Shown here: positions 41,142 to 52,829 of the stretch, piece after piece
Numbering within the stretch: position 1 is the first letter of the stretch
Layout: each line of letters starts with the position of its first letter
NCBI RefSeq assembly: GCF_009914755.1
Contig: NC_060945.1
Strand: one strand, 5' to 3'
DNA from: the human T2T-CHM13v2.0 reference genome, Homo sapiens
Length of the DNA stretch: 64,000 bases
Made by a program: the position numbers and the translations under genes
Notes under the pieces: model-generated
What the model saw: the letters and a program-made list of their open reading frames with translations, nothing else
Databases searched by the model: none
What the model was told of the DNA's origin: nothing

Positions 41142-42747
41142 AAAATTTTTTATAACAATTCAACATTGCAATGATATCTAAAGGTCCAGTCATTTTTTCT
41201 GATGATTCATATAATTTTTATGGATCACATTTTTTCTATCTTACAGAAGTTTTTGGTCCATAATGGATCAGGGTTTAAACAAAGAAAACAACGGGTCTTT
41301 CATCACACTATGTTGAGAAGTAACAACCTAATCTAACTGTGGGTAGAATATAGCTATCCAGGAGGAGAGAACAGCTTGGATGGCTCTTGAATCATAAGAA
41401 CTTACATCCCCTTCAATGAAACAGGTGAACAAAGGGTGAACAAAGGGAGATAAGAACAGCTCAAGCATAGAAATCACCATGTAAAAATGAAATGAGAACC
41501 CAAAGTTTAATCCTTTTCCAAATTATGACAATTTGTAAACATTTGAGTCGAGATTCAAAATCAACTTTAACCATAAATTTTCTACTTGTTTCACTCACAT
41601 CGAAGTCCCATAATAAAATTGGTGACTGATGGATAAAGATGTTTCCTTTCCTTCATAAGTAACCTAGAGTCAGCCCTGACCACTTTGATTTTCCAAGACA
41701 TATTTCACTACTCCTGCTGTTTCTGTTGGAAGCAAAATACAGATAGAAACAAAAGCATATGAGCAAATACAACCCCTTACCTCTGGTGGGTGGAGTGAAG
41801 GGCGCTTTCTTAATTGCTGAACTTCCCCTAGAGCAACTTGGCAGTAAAAGTAGCTTTTGACACCCTGACGATCTCTGCGTGTTTACATCTAGTCTCAATT
41901 ATCGCATTGCTCACAATACTTACCACTATTTGAAATATATAAAAAGGAGAGCAACATTTCAATAAACGTATTTTACAAATACACTACTAAAGACCATTTT
42001 TTGTTCTGAAAGGTTAATTTTACAATTGTTTTATATCTCATGAGACATTTTTAGAGAAAGTTTTGTTAGCCTTTGTTTAGTCAATGCAAATCATTTCTTT
42101 GGACTCACTCCACCTTTTTTCAAAGAGGCTCCCAAGCACTTTTTCTATGGAGTGTCAGAAATCTGTAATAAGCAAAGTTCAACTCAATTGCTGATTTCAC
42201 TTGTTCACACTGTCTATTAGCAGAGTCATTAGAGTAACGACATCCAGTGGCGCATAATTAGCCCTGACTCCTGCAAGTCTTGAAGTCATCATTAACTAAG
42301 TAAAGAGCTATTTTGTATTTGCAATTTTAGTCCCTGAACCAAGATAAAAAGATGATTTTATTCATTTTGGGAAGACAGATTTCTTGTAGAGAGTGAGAAG
42401 TATTAAATTAACTAGGGAACTGACATCAGGAGCCTAGCGCAGGAGTGGGTACTGAGGGCAGGAAGCTGAGATTACAACCCTTCCTGAGGTTCTAATAAGA
42501 GGTGTCCCAGTAATCCCAGTGTGTATTTATTGGAGACTTACTCAGAACTCCAAGTAGGGATGTGAATGAACTAGAAGTCATCATGGACTATCAACAAAAT
42601 AGATGGACTTTGATGCAATATGACCTCATGTGATGTGGTGTAGGTAGAAGGGCCTCCTAGCAGAGTGCTGGATGTGGACTTTGGGGTCAGAAATTGTGAG
42701 CTGCATTAAACTCTGAAAGAGTCAGATAATATGGGTGGGCCTTGTGT

Positions 42748-43990
42748 AGAGGGTTCCCAAATTTGAGCATATCAGAATGAATTGGTTTGCTGGTTAAAAA
42801 TGCAGCTTCCCTGGACCAACCCTAGAGATTCCTTTTTTTGTTTGTTTGTTTCATCTAAAAAACCAAAAGGGATACATGTGCAGAATGTGCAGGTTTGTTA
42901 CACAGGTACACGTGTGCTATGGTGATTTGCTGCACCTGTTGACCCATTCTCTAAGTTCTCTCCCCTCATCCTCCAGCCGCTAACAGGCTCTAGTGTGTGT
43001 TGTTCCCCTCTCTGTGTCCATGTGTTCTCAATGCTAACTCCCACTTGTGAGTGAGAACATGCGTTGTTTGGTTTTGTTCCTGTGTTAGTTTGCTGATGAT
43101 GATGGCTTCCAGCTTCATCCATGTCTCTCCAAATGACATGATCACATTCCTTTTTATAGCTGCAAAGTATTCCATGGTGTATATGTTCCACATTTTGTTT
43201 ATCCAGTCTATCACTGATGGGCATTTGGGTTGGTTCTATATCTTTGCTATTGTAAATAGTGCTGCAGTAAACACACATGTGCATGTGTCTTTATAGTAGA
43301 ATGATTTATATTCCTTGGGGTATACACACAGTAATGAAGTTGCTGGGTCAAATGGTATTTCTGGTTCTAGATCTTTGAGAAATAGCCACACTGTCTTCCA
43401 CAGTGGTTGAACTAATTTACATTTCCAACAGTGTAAAAGCGTACCTATTTCTCTACAGCCTCGCCAGCATCTATTGTTAGTTTCCTGACTTTTTAATAAT
43501 CACCATTCTGACTGGCATGAGATAGTATCTCATTGCGGTTTTCATTTGCATTTCTCTGGTGATCGATGAGGTTGAGCTTTTATTCATATTTTTTTTGCCA
43601 CATAAATGTCTTCTTTTAAGAAGTCTCTGTTCATATCCTTTGCCCACTTTTGATGAGGTTATTTTTTTTCTTGTAAATAAATATGTTTAAGTTCCTTGTA
43701 AATTCTGGACATTAGGCCTTTGTTGGATGGCTAGATTGCAAAAATGTTCTCCCATTCTGTAGGTTGTCTGTTCACTCTGATGATAGTTTCTTTTGGTGTG
43801 CAGAAGCTCTTTAGTTAGATCCTATTTGTCAATTTTGTGTTTTGTTGCAATTGCTTTTGATGAACTGGTCTGCTGATTAAAAATGCAGCTTCCCTGGCCC
43901 AATTTTAGAGATCCTGAATCAGTAATTCTGAAGTGAGTGCAGGCACCATGACATGAACGAGACTCCAAGGTAATTCTAGTGTAGACGTCT
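42748..43990. mobile_element. MER5-like MITE split by an L1 insertion
   Basis: 'ggttcccaaatttgagcatatcagaat..gttaaaaatgcag..' resumes after the L1 as 'tgaatcagtaattctg..'. Confidence 0.65.
42833..43859 (-). mobile_element. 5'-truncated L1PA (PA10-13-like) 3' 1 kb
   Basis: 3'UTR 'gggatacatgtgcagaatgtgcaggtttgttac' and ORF2 C-terminus (DWINKMWNIYTMEYFAAIK). Confidence 0.93.
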
Positions 43991-44269
43991 AATAAGTAGC
44001 CATAGGGAGGGAGGGAGGGAAATATGAGCTAAAAGAAGTCATAGAAGCAATTTACAACCTGACAGGAAGATCTAGAACAACTATATAATCTACTGAAATA
44101 TTTCTTGAGGGCACAAAAGGGAAGACAAAATTTACCATGACCACCTTCCCTCATTCAGGCTGAAAAAATTCAGAAGACAGAAGAAATTGCTAAAAATTAT
44201 TTTAAAATTTTCAATTCAATTTACTGTAACAATCAAATTCAGTGCATGGCAAGCAGTCAGAAAAAGGGG

Positions 44270-44460
44270 ATTTTATTTTAAAATGGAAAAAAGTGGGTTC
44301 AAGTCCCCGTTCTGTCCCTTGGTGACAGCATCACTATTTATATGCGACTTAACTGTTGCACACATCAGATTCCTTAGACATAAAATACAAATAATGTACT
44401 TGTAGAAAATAATTAATGTGGGAATTAAATTGACAGCCTATGCACAAACCTCTAAAGCTA
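44270..44460 (+). mobile_element. MIR relic
   Basis: 'gggttcaagtccccgttctgtcc', 'cagattccttagacataaaat', 'gtgggaattaaattga'. Confidence 0.55.
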
Positions 44461-44529
44461 CCCATTTCACAGGGAAGAATCTTCCATTTTTTAAAAAGAT
44501 CGATGAGTGAATATTATAGAAAAAACTGG

Positions 44530-44885
44530 GTAGATGTTTAAGCATTAATTCTGGGTGTGTCTGTGAGGTTATTTCTGAAAGAGATTAGCATTTAAATTGA
44601 TAGATTGAGTGAAGAAGATCTCCTTCACCAATGCTGGTGGGCCTCATCCAATCCTTAGAAGGAAAATTTGTTTCTGTTTGAGCTGGGACATTTACCCTCT
44701 ATCCTTGGACACAAGCCTTCCTGGTTTTCAGGCCTTTAAGCCGAGACTGAAGTATGGTACTGGCTTTCTTGGTTCTCTAGATTACAGAGAGCCAACTGTG
44801 GGACTTCTCAGCCTTCATAAGCATGTGAGCCAATATTTTAATAAATCTCCTCTTAGATATAAATCTGTATCTAACCTATTGGTCC
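44530..44885 (+). mobile_element. MLT2 (ERVL) LTR, partial
   Basis: 'ttctgggtgtgtctgtgagg..gagattagcattt..gagtgaagaagat..ggtgggcctcatccaatcc' and 'gtgggacttctcagccttcataagcatgtgagccaat'. Confidence 0.85.
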
Positions 44886-45449
44886 TATGACTTGTACATC
44901 CTTCATGTAAAGCATTCACTTGACAACTTAATCATCAACAGAGCCTACCAGTCTTTAGAGCCAATGCTGTTTGATTATAGAGAAAAAAAATTAATTCCTA
45001 TGTGTCTTGACTTTTGAATATCCTTCCCATCTTCTTCAGTATTTTTGTGACTCTCGAGAGGATGAACTGCCAGTAGTCCCACTGAAGTTCCCAACTACTA
45101 GGGCTGTCTTCCATGTTAATTCTTCAGTTGGCCTCATTTATAGGCATCACTGTCTCATCTTGATGTCACTGGAAGCCAAACTCTTTGTGACATTTCATTT
45201 ATTTTGTAGCACATGTTGGACCATACATTAACTTCATTTTCTGTGTAGTTTTTATTGAGAAGTAGAACCATGCACAGTTGGATGGCACTGTGCCTTCCAA
45301 ATGGGAAGAAGATCAATAATGCAGACTAAAGGGCATAGAAAAGGTGACTTTTCTAATCTGCAACATGCATTTCATGCCATGGAGAGCCCCAAGCTTCCCC
45401 CAAAAGTAGAAGAAGTGCTATGATTTAGAAATGGATGGTGCTTCTCTAT

Positions 45450-45620
45450 TTATAAATTGTTTCACACATGACTTAATCTTTATGACAACAGTGTAACCTA
45501 GGTTGTACCTCAAGGCTCACTTTGAAGATGTGGAAAACTGAGAATCAAAAAGCATATATAAATTGCCCAAAGTTACATAGCTAGTGAACTTAACAGCAGG
45601 ACATAATGCTAAATTTTCCT
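45450..45620 (-). mobile_element. MIR relic
   Basis: 'ttaatctttatgacaacagtg..gatgtggaaaactgagaatcaaa..aattgcccaaagttacatagctagtga'. Confidence 0.7.
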
Positions 45621-46629
45621 CCCATTACAAAAGGTCTCATGACTGCAGGGACTGAAAGTATGTAAATAAATAAAGTCACATACATGATCAGACAAGTTTT
45701 CTAGCAACAGTCACCCACTCTTATGACTTTTGCATGATTTGATTCAAATAATCATTATGTCTTGTTCTATTCTTATCAAAAGCGTTATTTTATTATCAGT
45801 CTCTAACATGTGATTGATCTGTTAAATGATTGCCTTTGCCTCCTTATAGTAGTTGAGTCAAACAGTTCTGACAGCTGTCATAAATTAATGATGCCGTGGA
45901 ACCATTGCATAAGTCAGACATGTCTTAGTGCTAGTTGTTTTAATTTACTTGGGTCAAAATACCCTGAATGTTTGGCATACACAAAATTTTGGGTCGTGAC
46001 AATCAGGAGTTGTTGTGTCTAATTAAATTTGACTTAGTACCTAATGGTATTTGTTCTGAGTAAATTTTGACCATTCTCCAGTTAAAGAGTTCTACAGATA
46101 AAATTATCCCATATTTAAATTATCTTTTTAAAGGACTAAATATATTTACTTTTCTGTTTTATGTTATGGAGCTATACATCTTTTACTACAGTAGGTGATA
46201 ATCACACTAATGATTGTGTGTCTGTATTTGTAATGCTGGGGAGATCTTTAGTTGTTAGTCCTTTCATAGCAAGCTACCTATATAAATGGTCTTGTCAAAC
46301 AACTTACTATTTTCTAAAAATCCTGTTAACTTCACCACTGAATATTTGATAAATAATTTTAGATACATTTGCAGCCTCAGGAGATTGCTAGAATTCCAGA
46401 TAAGATAAACTGGAGCATGAGACCGAGCTTACAGATCAAGCTGAAACCCCAAACACATAGGAAAATGTTATGCAAATTTATTTGTAGGCAAGAAAACACA
46501 TCCTTTTGCTATCTTCAACCTGCTCCTATGGCCATAGCGAAGGATGTGTTTATTTGCCCTCTTCTTGACACTTCATTTATCAGAAAATGAGTTGTCAAAG
46601 CTAGAGGCATTAATTGGACAAATTATACC

Positions 46630-46973
46630 AGAGGGCCACAACCCTTGGGCTGTGGACTGGAACTACTTGTCTGTGGACTGGTAGGAACCCGGTTCCACAG
46701 CGGGAGGTGGTCAGCAGCTGAGCGAGCATTACCACCTGAGCACCAACTCCTGTCCCATCTGTGGAGGTATTCGACTCTCATAGGAGCACGAACCCTACTG
46801 TGGACTGTGCATGCGAGGGATCTAGTTTGTGCACTCCTTGTGAGAATCTAATGCCCGATAATCTGAGATGAACAGTTTCATTCTGAAACCATCCTTCTCC
46901 CACCCCTCCTGTCCATGGGAAAATTGTATTCCATGAAACAGGACTCTGGTGCCAAAACGATTGGGGACTGCTG
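46630..46973. mobile_element. MER1B hAT-Charlie MITE
   Basis: 'ctcataggagcacgaaccctactgtggactgtgcatgcgagggatctag..tgagaatctaatgcc..ggtgccaaaacgattggggactgctg'. Confidence 0.9.
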
Positions 46974-47120
46974 CAATTTACTATAAGATAGTAACCCTAC
47001 AGTATGCCTTAAGATTAAAATGCCTTTAAAGAGCTCAAAGAGTCTGCTTTTTCAACCTTCTGCTTTCTGGGTCCATGTGGAATTTAGGCACAGGTAAGGC
47101 CTATCTCTTCAGAGTAGGTT

Positions 47121-47134
47121 TCTCTCTCTCTCTG

Positions 47135-47178
<44 letters not shown>

Positions 47179-47255
47179 TGTCTCACACTCTCTCTCTCTT
47201 TCTCTCTCTCTCTCCCTCTCTTTCTCTCTCTTCTCTCTCTCTCTCTCTCTCTCAT
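47121..47255 (+). repeat. (CT)n/(CA)n compound microsatellite
   Basis: Directly visible. Confidence 0.95.
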
Positions 47256-47618
47256 CCTCTTTTTCTGCACATGAAAATGTATAATTTTTAGATTTGGAAG
47301 AGAGAAGGAAACATTGCTTGGGTCTCCGGCCCAAGACTTTGCCTAATCAATGTTTGGTTGAATTATTAAGTTGAAAATTTAATTCTAATTAAAACACACT
47401 TTGCTTCTCGTTTGCCTATTAAGTTTTTAGTTTGGAGTTACTTCATATCACAGCTATGGACGCTGGCTTCAAAAATTAATGCTATTAAAATAACCTAATA
47501 CCAAATCTCTAATTGTTAACATAGTTTGTGTACATAGCTCTAAATCTTGTCACTGAACCAGTGTTTAATTGTGACATCTCAAAATAATGGAAACGGAATA
47601 TGAGTTTGGATTTGTAAG

Positions 47619-48037
47619 TGTATTAGATTCCTAGGACTGCTGTAACAATTTATGACAAACTTTGTGGCTTACAACAACAGAAATTTATAATTTTATAGCT
47701 CTGGAGGCAAAAAGTCCAAAATTAAAGTGTTGTCAGAACTTCATTCTTTCTAAAGGCCCTGAGAGACCATCTATTTGAGTCTCTCTCCTAGCTTCTGGTG
47801 GCTGCTGGCAATCTTTGGCGTTCCGTGGCTTGTGAATGTATCCCTGCAATCTCTGCCTCTGTCTTATAAGAGACAAGGGAGAGAGAATTGAGATTCAGAC
47901 ACAGAGGATAGACCCAGGTAAAACACAAAGGGACAAGGATATGTGAATACCGCTCGTTTTGAGATTCCCAATTTAATTACATTGGCAAAGATGCTATTTC
48001 CAGATAAGGTCACATTCACAGATTCTAGTGGGTTAAG

Positions 48038-48072
<35 letters not shown>

Positions 48073-48428
48073 GGGTTAAGATATATATATATCATATATG
48101 TATATATATATATCATATATGTGTGTGTATATATATATATGTATATATATATCACCCACACAGTGGGTTAAGATATATATATATATCTTATATATAAATA
48201 TCCATATATATTCTTATCTATATTCCTATTTATATGGATATATGTTTATATATATAAATATCCATATACACTCTTATGTATATTCTTATATATGGATATT
48301 TATATATGAGATATATAATATATTTATATATGAGACATATATATGTATATATATCTTAACCAACTACACACACTCCCACACACACACACACCCACACACA
48401 CATTTGAGGGCCATTATTTAATGCACTC
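47619..48428 (-). mobile_element. MLT1C-type LTR with internal micro-inversion and microsatellite expansion
   Basis: 'tgtattagattcctaggactgctgtaacaa..aacaacagaaattta', 'tatttccagataaggtcacattcacag', end 'gagggccattattt'. Confidence 0.8.
48041..48401 (+). repeat. Compound (CA)n/(TA)n low-complexity array
   Basis: Directly visible; punctuated by repeats of 'agtgggttaagata'. Confidence 0.9.
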
Positions 48429-49261
48429 TTGAACTATAGTAGAGAATAGTAAAAGCCAGTTCACCACCACTGTCCTGAGCAGTCTTTGGATGTTAGTATT
48501 TCCATATACATTTAACTGAGTAGACTCCGAGGTGTGCATTACCTAAATTCTCCCCTCCTTAATGACTATTTTCAAGAAAAGTATTTATAGACTGTTGGAG
48601 CTATGTCTAACTTGAGTTTAAAACTGAAAATTAAAACCTGAAACTAATGCTTGTGGGCAGGTAGTTTAATTGGTAAATTATCCCTGGGAGCAAGCAAGAA
48701 GAACAGATGGAAGTAAACGAGAAAGAAGAAATCCGGTAAAAGGATGTGTTATTGAGTTTGCAGTTGGTGTTTGATCTTGCACAGATTTTCTCAGGGGCCT
48801 TAAGACCGGTGCCTTGGAACTGCCATCTGGGCATAGACAGAAGGGAGCATTTATACGCCAACAACCATCTCCCATTGGTTAGCAATGGCTCAGTTGAAAT
48901 TAATTTCTCTGTAATTTCAGTTTGCATAAGTCTGAGTATAAATATGTCCCCATTGGTATCTGAAACCAAAACCAAAGAGAATTCCTCAGACAGGAAGCAA
49001 GAAGTAAAAGGTTGCTGTGAAGTTGCCCAAAGCTTATGGAAGGCTATATGACAGCATTTGCTGCAGCTAAAGGAGGGGGTGAAGGTGCTTCAAGTGACAC
49101 ACAAAAAAGCATTGTATAGATTTACTTTTTTCTGTCTAGTTGTTTGCATGACTCAACTCTCACTTGTACTTAAACCAGTCCATTACAGTATCTCCTTCAT
49201 GAGGGCAGTAAGCTTCAATCTAGGAAAATTAACACAAAAAGGTTAATGGGAAAAGCAAGCT

Positions 49262-52030
49262 AAGGTCCCTACTCTTGCAGTTTGTCTGAATCAAAATAGT
49301 TGATACTCATTGCCTTCTTCCTTCACCTCCCATTCTAGATTACTAGCCCCTTGCTAGCAATTAGTTAGTCTGGCTTACTTGCCTGTTGGAGGTAACCCAG
49401 ATCATCAAAGGGGTATCGATTAGGCTGTGGTTGTTCTTATGATTTGTTCCTACGATAGTTTTGATTAACCTGTCACTGCTCCCAATTAGGAGCATGAGAA
49501 CATATTGCTCCCAAGATGTAGCAATAACTCTAGCTCCTTTTAATAACTAGTCTTGATTACATTTGCAGATACGGTAATTCACTTGTTTAGCTCTTTTGCC
49601 TGCTGGTTCACTGGTATAAAAAGGCCCAAATCACCAATAAGTAGTTGTAGTTTCAAGTTCAGTTAAACCCTTATAGGGTCTCTTAGAGAAATTGTAATTT
49701 GGAAAAGCTTAAAGTTGTGAAGATACATTTCACACATGGATTGCTGGAAATGATAATGTAATGGAACAATTTTACATTCATACCTTGTATATTATCTTGT
49801 ATTGGCCATTGGTTTTCTTCATGCCCCACATTGTAAAAGACAGTGGCCCAATCCTATAGTGTGTTGTCACTGAGAAGGCACTTTAGTTAGAGTTGTTTGT
49901 AAAAGGCAACTCCTCCAATCTGAGAGAGCAGGTACTTCTGAGTGGTGACGTATGTGGTGAGACCTTTGTTGTAAAATGGCCCATGATTCAAGGCAATTCT
50001 TTGCAGGATATGTTGCCAACTGATAAAGCACCCAAAAATCTTCAGGTGGTATTGCTGATGTAGGAACTGAAGGAAGAAAAGGAAACTCACATCCGTAGTA
50101 TGGAAAATCCTAATATCACTGGAACCACTCTCCCTACCAGGTCGAAGGGATCCAATCAATCAGTCTTAAGCAGAGGCTGGTCTCCTCCAAGAGTGTCACT
50201 ATATGGGTGGTTCAATGTCATTCTTTGCTGCTGGCAGGCTGGAGATTCAGCAATAGCTGTAGCTAAATTAGCTATAGTGAGAGAGATTCTATGTTACTGG
50301 ATCAAGTTTTAGTCCTGTTTGATGTTACCATAGCCACTTCATTCACAGGTTCATTTTCATATTGGGTCATTCTACTCAGTTTATTTGGTAGATGAGCTCC
50401 AGTGGAAATTTACATGCTATATAAAGCTCTGCGTGCTTTATGCTCATCCCCAGAAGTTCACTCACATGCTTCCTCCTAGGACTGCCTGATCTCTAATTTT
50501 CCCTAATCTTTCTTCTTCCAGATCCTTGACCAAATAGTTATGACATTTGACATTTCAAAAGATTTATAAGTATCACAACTGCTATCTACTTTTCCCTGTG
50601 ATATGGTTTGCCTATGTCCCACCCAAATCTCATCTTGAACTATAGTTCCCACAATCCCCACGTGTCATATGAGGGAACCGGTGGGAGGTAATAGGAACAT
50701 GGGGGCAGTTACCTCCATGCTGTTCTTATGAAAGTGAATGAGTTCTCACAACATCTGTTGGTTTTATAAAGGGCTTCCTCTGCTTCATTCTGTACTTCTC
50801 CTTGCTACTGCCATGTGAAGAAGGACGTGTCTACTTCCCCTTTCATCATGATTGTAAGTTTCCTGATGCCTCCCTAGCCATGCTGAATTGTGAATCAATT
50901 AATCCTCTTTCCTTTATAAATTACCAAGTCTGGAATATGTCTTTATTAGCAGCAGGAGAACAGACTAATACACCCCGTGTACAAAGTGGGTAACCCAGTT
51001 TTCTATCTGCACACTGGAGGATTTTCTTTCACCACTGTCTTTTAGGGCTACTACTGAGTGTGGCTATAAAAGTAGCCCTATATGTGTGGCAGCACTACAT
51101 TTAGCACTAGACCAAACACAGTTACTGCTATAAACCAAGCCCAGTTATTTCTTCCTCTCTCAATTAGACATAGGGATCTCCAGGAAGCCATAGATGTGAG
51201 CTAATAGACAGGCACTGGTACAAACGTGTAGCTACCAGTGTAGTCTCAGCCACTGTTTATATAATTACATTGTACCTTTTGGATTTTCTCAAATGCAGTT
51301 ATGAATTTATAATTCAGTTATGAATTCAAAATAGATGGCTATTGCACCCTACCTCCCATAAAAGTTTGACTCAGTGGAAATCTCCGGTCTCACACTTCCA
51401 GGCTTTCAGTCTTCACTAAGGCCTAGTTCTACAATGAAAGCCATTTTCAAACGGTAAATAGTTTACACTGTAGAAGTGTAACTGTGCTTCACAAATCTAA
51501 AGATCTCTGCCTTCGCTCTCCTATTGGGACTTGTTATAAGGCGATCCAATACAACATCTTTATCCGTTGGATCTGTTGTGTCATGCGACCTAATCAGCAC
51601 AGCAACTTGTACCATAGTCTGGACTCAAAACTGGTAACCATCTAAGTCATCATAAAGGAATAAGAATAACATTACAAAATGCATGTGTACCTTCTCCAAA
51701 ATCCAAGTGATATATCTCTTTATTATTCTTAGAGAGTAAAGAGAAACAACTTATTCATTCTTTAGAATAGAATAGACCTTGGCTTGCCCTGCAATATTGT
51801 AATTCTCTAAACCTCACTCTGAAACTTGACAGATTTTATCTCCAGTGTTCTGACATGTATGTCTGTTATTATAGGCATCTAGAATACATATCAATTCCTA
51901 TGCACTTTGTCCAGGAAGTCAAATGTCATCAATAGAGTCAATCACAATAATGTTCTACAAGAATCTCAAGTTCCCTTTGGATAATATTTTGACAAACAAT
52001 CTGAGCTTTAACATACCCTTGAAGCTTCTC
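49262..52030 (-). mobile_element. Decayed class III (ERVL-type) pol: RT, RNase H, integrase, dUTPase
   Basis: Minus-strand translations: LQGYV (52010-52024) and SIDD (51925-51936; YIDD in HERV-L RT); LKDSGERKSS (RNase H, about 51016-51045); ANLATAIAESPACQQQR (integrase Zn finger, 50222-50272); LNLKLQLLIGDLGLFIPVNQQAK (dUTPase, about 49594-49662). Order matches HERV-L. Confidence 0.88.
50599..50972 (+). mobile_element. THE1 (B/C/D-like) solo LTR nested in the ERVL pol
   Basis: 'tgatatggtttgcctatgtcccacccaaatctcatcttgaa' through 'gaacagactaataca'; TSD ccctg/ccccg. Confidence 0.93.
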
Positions 52031-52639
52031 ATACTCTAAGAAGTATTTTTCTTATAGTTCCCTAACCTCCTGTTACTTAGTCTTACTCAGTAAACATATT
52101 TCTCTTCAAACTAAAACGTAAGATATTTTAAAGGGAATTTATTTTGAATGGCTTAATACTATGATTCTCTAGGTATGCTTCTTTGTTATATGCTTTTTCT
52201 GATTTTTTAAAACTTATTTAGTTACCATCTCCCCTTTACATGTCTTAAGTCATTTACATTTCAAAGCAACAAAATGTTAAACATAAAAGTCTATTAGATG
52301 AGGAACTGGGGGAGGTGAAAATAAAGAAAGTAACCAAGAAACTTACATATATGTGGCACTCCTGCCATCTTGTGGGTTTTCTGTGTTTTCCACTGACTTA
52401 ATTTATTATTTTTGTTTCAGGGAGTTTTTTGAAAGAGCATAGAGGTACATATTGAGAACTAAGCTGTCAATTACCCAAACCTATCATACTCACCAAAAGT
52501 TAAAAAAAATTAATTAGGGAGACAAGTTAAGTACAAAATGCAGCTTAATCTCAAATAGTTTTGAAAAATATCAATATTTGTGCTTATGTCTATATCTACC
52601 TATACCTCTATCTATAGCTATACCTATACATACACTGAC

Positions 52640-52780
52640 ATCTATTCCTATGGAATATGAGACAGATAGTGAGTGAGAAAGCCTAATCATAAACACATGT
52701 GGTCAAATGATAATATATGAATCTACGTAATATTCTTGCAACTTTTCCTTAATGTTGAAATTATCTCCAAATAAACAGTT
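52640..52780 (+). mobile_element. L1M (MC/ME-like) 3' end fragment
   Basis: 'tattcttgcaacttttccttaatgttgaaattatctccaaataaa'. Confidence 0.55.
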
Positions 52781-52814
<34 letters not shown>

Positions 52815-52829
52815 GAAGAGAGAACACAT

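Noticed and set aside
44530-44885. MLT2 LTR as the 3' LTR of the ERVL relic
   Set aside because: Opposite orientation and separated by more than 3 kb of unrelated sequence.
47075-48421. Low-complexity ORFs (SLSLSL, ERERER, YIYIYI)
   Set aside because: Translations of microsatellites.
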